Below, in pieces: positions 1-10,636 of a DNA stretch of 64,000 nt. Source of the DNA: a bacterium (GTDB lineage: Bacteria > Elusimicrobiota > Elusimicrobia > UBA1565 > UBA9628); the NCBI GenBank assembly GCA_021822495.1, contig JAKAQO010000001.1, forward strand, positions 80,297-144,296, given 5' to 3'. Every line of letters starts with the position of its first letter. The stretch's first letter is position 1. A program made the translations under genes and the position numbers. The notes below the pieces were generated by a model. That model was given only the letters and a program-made list of their open reading frames with translations, did not search any database and had not been told where the DNA came from.

Positions 1-271
1 GCGTAGAAAGAATTCGGCTGTCATAAATTTGTTTTTTTCGGCGCAAATTCCAGCGCCCATTCACAATGGACTCTCCGCACAAATTAATAACCGCACCCGC
101 TTGTTCGATTGCGGCCTGCCATTCTCCGGAACTTCTCCCATCCCAGATGAGCGCCGGAAAGTCTTGGCCGCCTTTTCGGGATAAAACCACGACTTCATGA
201 CCCTGGGAAAGCAAGGCCTTTCGCAACTGATCTCCGATAAAACCCGTTCCGCCCGCGATGACAATCTTCAT
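1..271 (-). CDS. TIGR01777-family NAD-dependent epimerase/oxidoreductase (YfcH-like), 3' part outside window
   Basis: Read manually from ATG at 271, which overlaps the upstream stop (TAATG): MKIVIAGGTGFIG...AVINLCGESIVNGRW...YDSRILST. It has the Rossmann GGTGFIG motif and is open to the window edge. It is missing from the ORF track. Confidence 0.88.
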   Translation of the reverse strand, partial: MKIVIAGGTGFIGDQLRKALLSQGHEVVVLSRKGGQDFPALIWDGRSSGEWQAAIEQAGAVINLCGESIVNGRWNLRRKKQIYDSRILST

Positions 272-1089
272 TAGCGGTGAACTCTAGGCGGCGGACCTTC
301 CACGATCAAGCGCGTATGCCTCTGATCCAGGCAAACCGCTGAAATCCAATAGACATCCGTTCCCGCGCGCATCTGAAAACGATCCGGCTGAAACATCATC
401 TTGAGAGCGTTCCTAAATTCATCGGCATTACCGCTGGCCTTCGCCAAATCCGCCAAGGAATCCGTGTAAGTTCCATGTTGAGCCTTATAATCATCTTCAA
501 TTTTAGCGAGGAAATAAAGAGCGTCCGCAGATTTTTTAACTTGTTCTTGTTCGCTAAAAGTTGGGGCCGAAAAAAGCCCGTGAAGAAGAACCCCGTAAAT
601 AAAAACAAGCACGCAAACCGCCGCCGCGAAAAGCGCGTTGGATTCCCCCCTGCTTTTCGGGCGCAGCTGCACTACAAAGGTCCCGGAAAGCAGATCATGG
701 AGCGTTCTTGAATCTGCGCGAAAAAAAGCGAACCAGAAGCCGAAATTAAAGAAAACCGAACTCAGAATTTGTCCAAACGCCCGAATCAAGGACTGCAAGA
801 AACCGGGATGGCGCCCGTTTCCATCAATAACCACAATCCCCATCAGCCGCTTGCCGATAGTTCCACCCATACGCACTCCGAGACATTGATAGATTCCATA
901 GAGAAATATCCAAAAAGCGGAAACCTTGAGAGGGGTTAAAAAAACAGGCCACGAATAAGAATGAGCCATCGCCCATAGGCTCAGCGTCCACGCGAAGATA
1001 AAGGGAGACAAATCCAAGACGTAAGCGATGAAGCGCTCGTTAATCATAGCCGGCGTCAAAACCTGCTCTTGAGAACTTCCCTGTTCCAT
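271..1089 (-). CDS. RDD-family membrane protein with C-terminal pilin-like extracytoplasmic domain
   Basis: RDD motifs ERFIAYVLD, TIGKRLMGIVV and RTLHDLLSGTFVV, then a TM helix and a helix-YTDSLADL segment. Start moved to MEQGSS (1089). Confidence 0.8.
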   Translation of the reverse strand: MEQGSSQEQVLTPAMINERFIAYVLDLSPFIFAWTLSLWAMAHSYSWPVFLTPLKVSAFWIFLYGIYQCLGVRMGGTIGKRLMGIVVIDGNGRHPGFLQSLIRAFGQILSSVFFNFGFWFAFFRADSRTLHDLLSGTFVVQLRPKSRGESNALFAAAVCVLVFIYGVLLHGLFSAPTFSEQEQVKKSADALYFLAKIEDDYKAQHGTYTDSLADLAKASGNADEFRNALKMMFQPDRFQMRAGTDVYWISAVCLDQRHTRLIVEGPPPRVHR

Positions 1090-1121
1090 AATTGTTCGTT
1101 TCTTATGATAGAATAAAAACA

Positions 1122-1532
1122 ATGAAAATCGAACTCCTCAAGCAATTTAGCATCTTCATGCCGAACCGCCCAGGGGCACTGGCCGCGATGACGCGGCTTT
1201 TCGCCAATCAGGGAGTCAACCTCATCGGCATCGCGTCCGAAATCTCAAATGATTCAGGTCTCGTTCGGGTCGCGGTTCCAGAAGGAACAGATGTATCAGG
1301 AATTCTCACCCAAGCCGGATTTGCCAGCGTGGAAACCAGTCTTCTCTCGATTGAACTCCCGGACAAGCCGGGAGAGCTCTCCAGAATTACAAAAACACTC
1401 GCCGACAACCACGTCAACATCACCACTATTTATGGAACCGCGGTCGGTGGAAACCAAACTCGTATTTTAATCGCGGCGGAAAATACCCCCAAGGCCAAAA
1501 GCGTCCTGGAAAGCCTTACCTTTGATGTTTGA
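1122..1532 (+). CDS. Tandem ACT-domain protein
   Basis: QFSIFMPNRPGALA and IELPDKPGELSRI ACT repeats. ATG at 1122 lies 7 nt after TGaTAGAAT. Confidence 0.88.
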   Translation: MKIELLKQFSIFMPNRPGALAAMTRLFANQGVNLIGIASEISNDSGLVRVAVPEGTDVSGILTQAGFASVETSLLSIELPDKPGELSRITKTLADNHVNITTIYGTAVGGNQTRILIAAENTPKAKSVLESLTFDV

Positions 1533-2418
1533 GGGCTTCGATTCGAGCGTCCAGGGGCGGATGACTGGCAAAAAGTGCCGCGATGAGCCCCCGACCATGC
1601 CCGTTGATCTTAAAGGTTGAAAGGGCTGGAGCCCGGTTATCTTCCCCTGACATCGCAGTCTGAAGAGACTCAAGGGCATGAATCATCGTCTGCGGGCTCG
1701 TCAAACGAGCGGAACTTGAATCGGCGGCATATTCTCTCCTGCGCGAAAACCAATAAATAATGGGCGAAGCCAAAATAAACAACACCGTCTCTAAAGCGTT
1801 GATTAAAAGAAACTGCGCGATAAAGCCCATTCCCCCGCGCTCATCTTCTCTTTTCTGCATCGCATTTTCAATTAAGAACGCTAAAATTTGAGAAACGAAA
1901 ATAACAAAGGTATTGACCACTCCCTGTAAAAGCGTCATCGTTACCATGTCGCCGTTGACGATGTGGGAGATTTCGTGGCCGATGACTCCATCTACCGCAG
2001 TTGAATCCATATTTTCCAAAAGCGAACTAGATATCGCCAAAAGAGCGCGTCGCCGGCTGGGCCCGGTGGCGAAAGCGTTGATCTCAGGGCTCTGGTAAAT
2101 TCCGATTTCCGGAACGGTCTCAAGTCCGGCCCTCTGGCAAAGACTTCGCACCTTGGCCACGATTTGGGCTTCCAAATCTCCTCGAGGATTTTGCGCGTCA
2201 ATGACTTGAACCCCTAAAGACATTTTCGCCATCCAGCGAGACATTTGAAGCGAAATAAAAGCGCCGCCAAATCCAAAAAGGGCGCACATAATCAGAAGAG
2301 ACTGATAATTAATCCCGCGCGCACCCAGCCACGGCTGGAGACCCAAAAGACTGATGACGGAAGAAATAACCAAAAGAACCAGCAAATTGACGGCGATAAA
2401 GAGAACGATTCGCTTCAT
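1516..2418 (-). CDS. htpX: Zinc metalloprotease HtpX (M48)
   Basis: INAFATG, HEISHIVNGDMVTMTL, FSRRREYAAD and LFASHPPL motifs. Confidence 0.95.
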   Translation of the reverse strand: MKRIVLFIAVNLLVLLVISSVISLLGLQPWLGARGINYQSLLIMCALFGFGGAFISLQMSRWMAKMSLGVQVIDAQNPRGDLEAQIVAKVRSLCQRAGLETVPEIGIYQSPEINAFATGPSRRRALLAISSSLLENMDSTAVDGVIGHEISHIVNGDMVTMTLLQGVVNTFVIFVSQILAFLIENAMQKREDERGGMGFIAQFLLINALETVLFILASPIIYWFSRRREYAADSSSARLTSPQTMIHALESLQTAMSGEDNRAPALSTFKINGHGRGLIAALFASHPPLDARIEALKHQR

Positions 2419-2524
2419 GGAAGCCTCCTAAGAACTTGACCGCTTAGAGCCTTAGCTCTCAAACTGCGGTTCTGATTTCATTATACTATTTTGTACTGGT
2501 TCAATATGTTAGAATCATTGGTAT

Positions 2525-3268
2525 ATGCCAACCCGAAAAAACGCAAAAAAGAAAAAATCAATAACCGCGAAAAAAACCAGCGCTTCCTCTACAAACAATA
2601 GGAAAGTGCGAGTCATCATCGCCGACGACCAAACTCTTTTTCGAGAAGGAATTAAAGATATGCTCGCCGATGAGAGAACCATCGAAGTTATCGGGGAAGC
2701 CGCGGATGGGAAAGAAGCTCTTAAACTAGTTAAAACCCTTAAACCCAATGTCATCCTCCTTGATATCAAACTGCCCCACATGGACGGAATCCAGGCCGCG
2801 CGGCAAATCCATAAGGAATGCCCGCGCACCAATGTCCTCATCTTATCGTCTTTCGAGGATGAATCCCATGTCATGGAGGCCATTCAAGCCGGCGCTAACG
2901 GATATCTGTCGAAAATGCTTCCTTCTTACGAACTCGTCAACGCCCTTAAAGCCTTCGCCAACAAAAACGTCATGATTCCTCAACCCGTCATGAGCCGTTT
3001 GATGGATAGTCTCCGAAAAGCCAATAATGCCATTCCCGACTCTTCACTGGTCGCATTGACCCGAATGGAAGTCAAGATTCTCGCCTTATTAGGCCGCGGG
3101 CAATCAAACAAAGAGATCGCAGTTAAGCTCGGCCTCAGCGTCAAGACCGTCAAAAATCACCTCAATAATATGTTCCAAAAACTCGGCGTCACCAATCGAA
3201 CGGAAGCGGTGGTCAAGGGAATCGACCTGGGAATTATTTCCGCTGAAAAAGAGACGGATGGAGCGTAA
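2525..3268 (+). CDS. NarL/LuxR-family response regulator
   Basis: REC domain (IADD, LDIKLP, YLSK) plus LuxR HTH (LTRME...SNKEIA...TVKNHL). Confidence 0.93.
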   Translation: MPTRKNAKKKKSITAKKTSASSTNNRKVRVIIADDQTLFREGIKDMLADERTIEVIGEAADGKEALKLVKTLKPNVILLDIKLPHMDGIQAARQIHKECPRTNVLILSSFEDESHVMEAIQAGANGYLSKMLPSYELVNALKAFANKNVMIPQPVMSRLMDSLRKANNAIPDSSLVALTRMEVKILALLGRGQSNKEIAVKLGLSVKTVKNHLNNMFQKLGVTNRTEAVVKGIDLGIISAEKETDGA

Positions 3269-3274
3269 AGCAAA

Positions 3275-4075
3275 ATGGGGAATTCGCAAGAACAGAAAAA
3301 AAGCAGCGGTTTTTGGGGATTATTGGCGCTGATTGTTTTCATCGGAGCGGGAGCCGCTATTTTCTATTTCTCCAGAAAAGAAAATAGTCCGCTCAGCGTC
3401 TCCAGCTCAGAATTTAACGTGACTTCCCTGCCTCAAGAAGAGAACTCAAAAGCCTCTTCAACGCCGTCTTCCTCAGCCTCCCAAACCAACCAATCCGGAC
3501 TCGGTATGATCAAGGGAGTCATCCCGGGGCTTTTCAGCGGCTCTAAAGCCAAGCCTTCCGCCGCACAGACTTTAGCCGATCAATTTACCGCTCTCTGCCG
3601 CGCCAATGAGGGCAAGGTTCAAGCCTTGGCCATGGCCTACACCCGAAAGTATCCGGCCATTCAACAATACGGGCGTGATTGGATGAGTTATCCCGATCTC
3701 AAGCAACTCAATGACAATTACATGAAAAACCACGATCCCATTGCGTTTCTCAAAGGCTTGTCCGCCTCCCAGAATTTCGGAAAACTGGTGAAAAAATACG
3801 CCAAACACCCGGAAATCCGGCAATTCGCCCAAGACGCCATTCATCAAGCCCCCCCAGAATTTATGTCGGTAGGAATGAGCGTCATCAGCCAAGACGGAAC
3901 CGTCAAGGGAGTGGCTTCCAACGTTTCTCAAGCGCTGGGATTGCCGCCGAGTTTATTTAATTCCCTGGGTGGCCAATCGCCTCAAGCCGATCAAAAAGCG
4001 ATCATGAATTCCGTGAACTCCCAGATGCAGCAACTCCAAAATGTCCTTCCTCAAGCTCAAGGAAACGGGCAGTAA
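3275..4075 (+). CDS. Hypothetical membrane-anchored protein
   Basis: 266-aa ORF with an N-terminal TM helix and Ser-rich linker, 5-6 bp from its neighbours. Confidence 0.75.
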   Translation: MGNSQEQKKSSGFWGLLALIVFIGAGAAIFYFSRKENSPLSVSSSEFNVTSLPQEENSKASSTPSSSASQTNQSGLGMIKGVIPGLFSGSKAKPSAAQTLADQFTALCRANEGKVQALAMAYTRKYPAIQQYGRDWMSYPDLKQLNDNYMKNHDPIAFLKGLSASQNFGKLVKKYAKHPEIRQFAQDAIHQAPPEFMSVGMSVISQDGTVKGVASNVSQALGLPPSLFNSLGGQSPQADQKAIMNSVNSQMQQLQNVLPQAQGNGQ

Positions 4076-4080
4076 TCTCC

Positions 4081-5280
4081 ATGAGCCGGTTAGACCAGCG
4101 CTTTATTTCTCTTGATGAGCGTTACGGCGCGCCTAATTATCACCCGCTCCCCGTCGTGCTTAAAAAGGGTAAAGGAGTTTACGTCTGGGACGTGAATGGA
4201 AACCGCTATTTCGATATGCTCTCGGCCTACTCAGCCTTAAACCAAGGCCACAATCACCCGAAGATTGTCGCGGCGGCAAAAGCCCAGCTCAATCGGCTTA
4301 CGCTCACTTCCCGAGCCTTTCATAACGCGCTCATGGGCCCCTTGCTTAAGGAAATTTGCCGCTTGACCAGACAAGACAAGGCGATTCTCATGAATTCCGG
4401 AGCCGAGGCGGTTGAAACCGCGATTAAAGCTATGCGCCTATGGGGATACCAGGTTAAGAAAATTCCCAAAGATCGCGCCGAGATTATCGTGTGCCGCAAT
4501 AATTTTCACGGAAGAACGACGACGATTGTCGGATTTTCCTCCGATCCCAATTCCTACGAGGGTTTTGGGCCTAAAACCCCGGGATTTATTGAGATCGAAT
4601 ACGGTTCGGGAAAGTCTCTTGAATCGGCCATCACCTCTAACACTTGCGGTTTTCTTTTCGAGCCTCTCCAAGGAGAAGCTGGGGTTCTCATCCCGCCCAC
4701 CGGATACCTCAAGGAAATTCGCGCCCTCTGTTCCAAACATAACGTTCTTATGTGCGCCGATGAAATACAGACGGGCCTAGGCCGAACAGGAAAACTCTTT
4801 TGTTGCGATCATGAGAAGGTCCGCCCCGATCTCATGATTTTAGGTAAAGCCCTCTCAGGAGGGCTTTACCCCATTTCTGCCGTCGCCGCCCGTTCCGATA
4901 TCATGGATTTATTCACCGCAGGAAAACACGGTAGCACCTTTGGTGGAAACCCTCTGGCCTCTTCCATCGGCCTTGCGGCCCTCAAGGTTATCGTCGAGGA
5001 AAGATTGCCCCAAAAAGCGGCCGCGACAGGAGAATATTTTAGGAGTTTACTTCAAACCCTCAAATTAGACTTCATTCAAGAGGTTCGCGGCAAAGGACTG
5101 CTCATCGGAGTCGAACTAAAGAAACCCGCTCGCCCCTTTTGCGAGGCTCTCGCGAAAAACGGAATATTGGCCAAGGAAACCCACGAGAAAACCATCCGTT
5201 TCGCCCCTCCTTTGACCATTACCAGAGCCCAAATTCAAGAAGCCTTCAATCTCATTCGGAGCGCTCTGTCCTATCGTTAA
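4081..5280 (+). CDS. rocD: Ornithine--oxo-acid transaminase
   Basis: NYHPLPVV, LSAYSALNQGH, DEIQTGLGRTG, LGKALSGG and HGSTFGGNPLA motifs. Confidence 0.95.
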   Translation: MSRLDQRFISLDERYGAPNYHPLPVVLKKGKGVYVWDVNGNRYFDMLSAYSALNQGHNHPKIVAAAKAQLNRLTLTSRAFHNALMGPLLKEICRLTRQDKAILMNSGAEAVETAIKAMRLWGYQVKKIPKDRAEIIVCRNNFHGRTTTIVGFSSDPNSYEGFGPKTPGFIEIEYGSGKSLESAITSNTCGFLFEPLQGEAGVLIPPTGYLKEIRALCSKHNVLMCADEIQTGLGRTGKLFCCDHEKVRPDLMILGKALSGGLYPISAVAARSDIMDLFTAGKHGSTFGGNPLASSIGLAALKVIVEERLPQKAAATGEYFRSLLQTLKLDFIQEVRGKGLLIGVELKKPARPFCEALAKNGILAKETHEKTIRFAPPLTITRAQIQEAFNLIRSALSYR

Positions 5281-5303
5281 AATTTTTGTAGAATGAATCT
5301 CCA

Positions 5304-7451
5304 ATGAACCCTCAAAATCATCAAGAACTCGCGCTTCCGCAAAGACTTTCTAGACTCAAAGATTTGGCCTATAACCTCTGGTGGTCTTGGCATCACGACG
5401 CGCGCTTTCTCTTTAGAGAAATTGACCCTATTTTGTGGGAATCATCCAATCACAATCCCGTTCTCCTTCTTAAACGCTCAAAAGACAAACTGATCCAATT
5501 GGCGGACAATCAGCGGTTTCTGGCGCATTACGATCAGGTCGTGGACGCCTTTGATCATGACACCAGCTGTTCCGACACTTGGTCTGAAAGACGGTTCGGC
5601 GCTGACGCCCGGGATAAAGCCATCGCTTACTTTTCCGCTGAATTCGGCCTCCACGCGTCCTTACCGCTTTATTCCGGAGGGTTGGGAATTTTGGCCGGAG
5701 ACCATTTAAAATCGGCTTCCGATCTCAATCTGCCCCTGGTCGGGGTTGGATTTATGTATCCCAAGGGCTACGTCACGCAAAGACTGGGCTCCGATGGCTG
5801 GCAACAAAACGTTTATCACGATCTCAATTGGGATCATGCCCCCATCTTACCCTTGTGCCGTCCTAACGGGGAACATGTTATTTTCGATTTTTCGCTTGGT
5901 TCGTGGAAACTTAAAATCGCCGTCTGGCTGGTTCACATTGGGCGGGTATCCCTTTATTTAATGGACACCAACATCGATGGAAATTCTCCCGCTGACCGCG
6001 ACATCACGACCCAGCTTTACGGCGGAGACCACAGCATGCGCCTTAAACAGGAAATCGTTTTAGGAATCGGAGGCCTCAGGCTTTTAAGATTTCTGGGTAT
6101 TCCCGCGGCATTTTTTCACGCCAATGAGGGGCACGCCTCCTTTTTATTCGTGGAACTTCTCCGAGAAAAAATTGCCGCCGGCTTATCTCTTGAAGAAGCG
6201 AAAAGCGAGACCGCTCATGAAACCCTTTTTACGACCCATACCCCTGTTCCCGCCGGTCACGACGTTTTTGAAACGCAACTTTTGATGCCCTTTTTCCAAG
6301 ATTATATCAACGAGCTCAATCTCACGCAAGAACAATTCTTGGAGTTAGGCCAATCTCCCAATGAAGTCGGTTGGAATATGACGGCCTTAGCCTTAAAATT
6401 AGCGGGACATAAAAACGCGGTCAGTAAAAGACATGGCCAGGTTTCCCGAGAGATGTGGCATAAATTATGGCCGGGAAAAGAGCTTCACGATGTCCCAATT
6501 GATTCTATCACTAACGGAGTCCATCTCGGGTTTTGGGTCCAATCAGACCTCCAACAACTCTTCAACTTGCGCCTCGGCATCCATTGGGTTAAGGCTCAGG
6601 ACAATCCTGGATTCTGGGAAGGCATTGAAAACATCCCGGACGAAGAAATTTGGCGCGCGCATCTCAGAGCTAAGGGAAGGCTTTTAAGCATTCTCGAACA
6701 TCGGCTAAAATCCCGCTGGCAAGAAGGCGCGGAACCAAGCCAAATATTAGCGCAGGGAGCTCTCCTGGACCGTGAAATTTTAACCATCGGATTTGCCCGA
6801 AGGTTCGCCACCTATAAAAGAGCTGATCTCATTTTCCATGATATCGAACGCTTAAAGCGAATGATTCTCAACTCCGCCCGTCCCGTACAACTTATCTTCG
6901 CGGGAAAAGCCCACCCAGCCGACAATAATGGAAAAACCCTCATTCAACAGATATTTCACCTCGCGAAGGATCCTGCTTTTGCCGGTCATATCTCTTTTGT
7001 CGAAGATTATGATATGCAGCTGGCTCGATATTTGGTGCAGGGTTGTGACCTATGGCTCAATAACCCGATTCCTCCTCTTGAAGCCTGTGGAACCAGCGGG
7101 CAAAAGGCGGCTTCCAATGGAGTCCCCAATCTCAGTATCCTGGACGGCTGGTGGGAAGAAGGCTTCACGGGAACAAATGGTTGGGGAATCGAGGGCATCG
7201 GCAAGGAATCTTCTGATAGAAACGCAGAAGAGGCCAATAAAATTTACCAGACGCTTGAATCTCAAATCATTCCTCTTTTTTACGACCGAGACTCCGATTC
7301 CATCCCTCACGGGTGGGTTAAGGTCATGAAAGAATCCATCCGAACTTCCGCCCCGCGTTTTTCCGCCCAGAGAATGGTTAAAGAATACGCGGAAAAATTC
7401 TATTCCAAGGCTTTTGAACAAGTTCCTGTTCCTCTGAGAAACCAACCCTAA
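5304..7451 (+). CDS. glgP: Alpha-glucan (glycogen) phosphorylase
   Basis: YSGGLGILAGDHLK, FARRFATYKRA and the PLP-lysine motif EACGTSGQKA. Confidence 0.95.
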   Translation: MNPQNHQELALPQRLSRLKDLAYNLWWSWHHDARFLFREIDPILWESSNHNPVLLLKRSKDKLIQLADNQRFLAHYDQVVDAFDHDTSCSDTWSERRFGADARDKAIAYFSAEFGLHASLPLYSGGLGILAGDHLKSASDLNLPLVGVGFMYPKGYVTQRLGSDGWQQNVYHDLNWDHAPILPLCRPNGEHVIFDFSLGSWKLKIAVWLVHIGRVSLYLMDTNIDGNSPADRDITTQLYGGDHSMRLKQEIVLGIGGLRLLRFLGIPAAFFHANEGHASFLFVELLREKIAAGLSLEEAKSETAHETLFTTHTPVPAGHDVFETQLLMPFFQDYINELNLTQEQFLELGQSPNEVGWNMTALALKLAGHKNAVSKRHGQVSREMWHKLWPGKELHDVPIDSITNGVHLGFWVQSDLQQLFNLRLGIHWVKAQDNPGFWEGIENIPDEEIWRAHLRAKGRLLSILEHRLKSRWQEGAEPSQILAQGALLDREILTIGFARRFATYKRADLIFHDIERLKRMILNSARPVQLIFAGKAHPADNNGKTLIQQIFHLAKDPAFAGHISFVEDYDMQLARYLVQGCDLWLNNPIPPLEACGTSGQKAASNGVPNLSILDGWWEEGFTGTNGWGIEGIGKESSDRNAEEANKIYQTLESQIIPLFYDRDSDSIPHGWVKVMKESIRTSAPRFSAQRMVKEYAEKFYSKAFEQVPVPLRNQP

Positions 7452-8600
7452 ATGGGAAACCTGGAAATTTTCCCCCCTTGGATTGTCACCTCGACCAAGG
7501 AACTCGCGGAAGCCGTCAAAGAAATAGAAAATTCTCCGCAACTCGCAATCGACATCGAATCCGACAGTTTTTACGCCTACCGGGAAAGGGTCTGCCTTAT
7601 TCAAATTTCATCTTCGTCCAAAGACTATATCGTCGATCCCCTGGCCATTCAAGACTTATCCCTTCTCGGGAAGATATTCTCCAATCCTAATATGGAAAAG
7701 ATATTCCACGCCGGGGAATACGACGTTTTATGTCTTAAACGCGACTATCAATTTGAATTTAAAAATCTCTTCGACACGATGATCGCGGCCCGGTTTCTTG
7801 GAGAGAAAGAACTGGGGCTTAAAGCGGCGATTTCAAAGCACTTTAAAATCGAGCTGTGCAAAAAACATCAGCGAGCGGATTGGAGCAAAAGACCTTTGAC
7901 CGACGATCAACTGCGTTACGCTCAATTGGATACGCATTTCTTAATTTCTCTTTCCGACATCCAAAAGAAATCCCTGCTTGAGCGCGGACGCCTTGAAGAC
8001 GCAAAAGAAGCCTCGGAAAACTTATCCGCCCTTAAAGCGCAAACAAGACCCTTTGACGCCGAGGGATATCGCAAACTCAAAGGAAGCCGCGATCTGTCGC
8101 CAGAAGGCCGCGGGATTCTCAAGGAACTTTATCTCTGCCGGGAAGAGATAGCCCGAATGAGAAACAAGGCCCGGTTTCGAATCATGAACGATGAACTTCT
8201 CCTTCAAATCGCGAAAGTATGCCCCAAGGACGTCTCGGACCTTTCCCAGGTTAAAGGCATGACCCCCTATCTTCTTCAAGCTTTTGGCCGGCACATTGTC
8301 GACTGCGTCTTGCGCGGAGAGAAGTCTCCGGAAGCGCCGGTTTGCTGGGCTGATAAAACTCGTAGCCGCCGCACGCCCCCAGAAGAAGTCAACCTCTTTG
8401 AAAAATTGCGCCTCTGGAGAAAAACTCAAGGCGAAACCGAAGGTCTTGATCCGGCGGCAATTCTTTCAACCGAACAGCTTAAAGACATCGCCCATGCCCT
8501 TTGGGCTAAGAAAAAAGACGTCTTTCGCTCGTTGAGCGATTTAAAGAAAAACCGCTATGAACAAAGTCTGCTTAAGTTCATATCTTCTATCCAGGAATGA
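7452..8600 (+). CDS. rnd: Ribonuclease D-like 3'-5' exonuclease with HRDC domains
   Basis: DEDDy motifs AIDIE, DWSKRPL and YAQLD, plus two HRDC-like segments. Confidence 0.85.
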   Translation: MGNLEIFPPWIVTSTKELAEAVKEIENSPQLAIDIESDSFYAYRERVCLIQISSSSKDYIVDPLAIQDLSLLGKIFSNPNMEKIFHAGEYDVLCLKRDYQFEFKNLFDTMIAARFLGEKELGLKAAISKHFKIELCKKHQRADWSKRPLTDDQLRYAQLDTHFLISLSDIQKKSLLERGRLEDAKEASENLSALKAQTRPFDAEGYRKLKGSRDLSPEGRGILKELYLCREEIARMRNKARFRIMNDELLLQIAKVCPKDVSDLSQVKGMTPYLLQAFGRHIVDCVLRGEKSPEAPVCWADKTRSRRTPPEEVNLFEKLRLWRKTQGETEGLDPAAILSTEQLKDIAHALWAKKKDVFRSLSDLKKNRYEQSLLKFISSIQE

Positions 8601-8662
8601 TATAATGAATGCGGAACTTTCCAAAAGCGAGCTTATAAATAGCCCGCTTCTAGAGAGTTTCG

Positions 8663-10636
8663 ATGTTTCAAAAAATTAAACGCATCGTCTTCGGGGAACC
8701 CCAAGACGTCAGAGACCCGGAAGTTTTTCACCGTATTTCGCTAGTCGCCTTCTTGGCCTGGATAGGGCTGGGAGCCGACGGACTTTCTTCATCCTGTTAC
8801 GGGCCTGACGAGTCTTTTCGGGTTCTAGGTTCCAACCATTATCTGCTGATCTTGGTCGCCCTCGCGGTGGCACTCAGTATTTTCATTATTTCCTACGCCT
8901 ATTCTCGGGTCATCGAACATTTTCCTTTCGGCGGCGGCGGCTATGTCGTCGCCACAAAACTTTTAGGACCCTCTTTCGGAGTCGTTTCCGGCTCGGCTCT
9001 CCTTATTGATTATGTTCTGACTATTACCACCTCCATCGCCGCGGGAACCGACGCTTTTTTCAGTTTTCTGCCTTATTCATATCAGGTATGGAAATTTCCA
9101 CTTGAGTTTTGCATTATCGGTTTCCTAGCCGGACTCAATTTGCGCGGAGTCAAGGAATCGGTCGAGGCGATGATGCCGGTTTTTCTATTTTTCATCTTAA
9201 GCCACGCCCTTCTGATTTTCGGGACGATCGCGCTGAAACTCGGTTCTTTTCCCCTCGTCACGCATGAAGTTCACGCTGGATTTTCAAACGGAATGGCCAC
9301 CATCGGCCTCATGGGAATGGCAGCTCTTTTCCTCCGTTCTTACTCCATGGGAGCCGGAACCTACACGGGTCTTGAAGCGGTCTCAAATGGTCTGGCCATC
9401 ATGCGGGAACCCAAGGTCGAAACGGGGAAAAAAACCATGACTTATATGGCGGTTTCATTGGCCGTCACCGCCGGAGGAATTCTTTTGGCCTATCTTCTGG
9501 TTCACGCCGAACCCGCGCCCGGACAGACCATGAACGCCGTTTTGTCTGCGCGATTCGTGGAACTTTTGGGACTTTCTCCCGCTTTGGGAAAATGGTTTAT
9601 TATCCCGACCCTTCTTTCGGAAGCGGCCCTTCTCTATGTCGCGGCCCAAACTGGGTTTATCGACGGTCCACGGGTCATGGCCAACATGGCTCATGATTCA
9701 TGGCTTCCTCACCGGTTTTCGACTCTCTCCGACCGATTAACGACCCAGGACGGAATTTTACTTATCTCCGGGGCTTCCGCCTTGATGCTTCTTTACGCCC
9801 GCGGGAACACTGAAACCCTGGTCTTAATGTATGCCATTAACGTCTTCATCACCTTCTGTCTGACGGAAGCCTCCATGATTCGATTCTGGATTCATGGGCG
9901 AAAAAGCCACCCGGATTGGTACAAAAAAATCAGCGTTCATATCATCGGTTTTTGCCTTTGTTTTTCGATTTTAACGCTCAACACCATTGAAAAGTTTACC
10001 CAAGGGGGATGGGTCACCTTGGCGACAACGGCCGCCCTCATCGGAATATGTTTTTTGATCAAAAACCATTACGTTTCTCTCCAAAAAGATTTTAAACGCT
10101 TGGACGATATTCTGACAAACCTCCCGCAGTCGGAGAAAACCGATTTTCCAAACACCGATCCCAAGGCGCCAACGGCCATCATCATGGTCGGAGGATACAG
10201 CGGACTCGGGGTCCACTGTATTCTCTCCATCCAAAAGTTATTTCCCAATTATTTTAAGAACTTCATATTTATCTCCGTGGGAGTCGTCGATACCGCGTCT
10301 TTTAAAGGCGTGCAGGCGGTCGAAGAAGTGCAAAAAGAAACGGAGGCTTCTCTTAAACGATACGTGGCGCTCGCCCACAGTTTTGGGTTTGCCTCGGATT
10401 TTCGATTCGGCATCGGAACCGAAGTCGTCACCGAAGCTGAAAAAATCTGCGTGGACCTTTCCAAGGAATACCCGCGCGCGATTATTTTCGCCGGAAAACT
10501 CATCTTCCAAAACGAGCATTGGTTTCATAGAATGCTCCACAACGAAACGGCCTATCAAATGCAAAAGCGCCTGCAATTTTTAGGGCTGAACTCAATGGTG
10601 TTACCGGTGAGAGTTCTCTCCTCAGTCGCAAACTAA
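8663..10636 (+). CDS. APC-family permease, KimA/YdaO-like (possible K+ transporter)
   Basis: DGLSSSCYG, GGGGYVVA, LLIDYVLT and TGLEAVSNG motifs; about 12 TM helices plus a cytoplasmic C-terminal domain. Confidence 0.8.
   Translation: MFQKIKRIVFGEPQDVRDPEVFHRISLVAFLAWIGLGADGLSSSCYGPDESFRVLGSNHYLLILVALAVALSIFIISYAYSRVIEHFPFGGGGYVVATKLLGPSFGVVSGSALLIDYVLTITTSIAAGTDAFFSFLPYSYQVWKFPLEFCIIGFLAGLNLRGVKESVEAMMPVFLFFILSHALLIFGTIALKLGSFPLVTHEVHAGFSNGMATIGLMGMAALFLRSYSMGAGTYTGLEAVSNGLAIMREPKVETGKKTMTYMAVSLAVTAGGILLAYLLVHAEPAPGQTMNAVLSARFVELLGLSPALGKWFIIPTLLSEAALLYVAAQTGFIDGPRVMANMAHDSWLPHRFSTLSDRLTTQDGILLISGASALMLLYARGNTETLVLMYAINVFITFCLTEASMIRFWIHGRKSHPDWYKKISVHIIGFCLCFSILTLNTIEKFTQGGWVTLATTAALIGICFLIKNHYVSLQKDFKRLDDILTNLPQSEKTDFPNTDPKAPTAIIMVGGYSGLGVHCILSIQKLFPNYFKNFIFISVGVVDTASFKGVQAVEEVQKETEASLKRYVALAHSFGFASDFRFGIGTEVVTEAEKICVDLSKEYPRAIIFAGKLIFQNEHWFHRMLHNETAYQMQKRLQFLGLNSMVLPVRVLSSVAN

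Noticed and set aside
61-264. 67-aa ORF from the track
   Set aside because: It is in the wrong frame; the overlapping frame from 271 encodes a clear TIGR01777 epimerase.
8601-8662. c-di-AMP (ydaO) riboswitch before the KimA-like permease
   Set aside because: The gap is only about 60 bp and no riboswitch motifs are visible.
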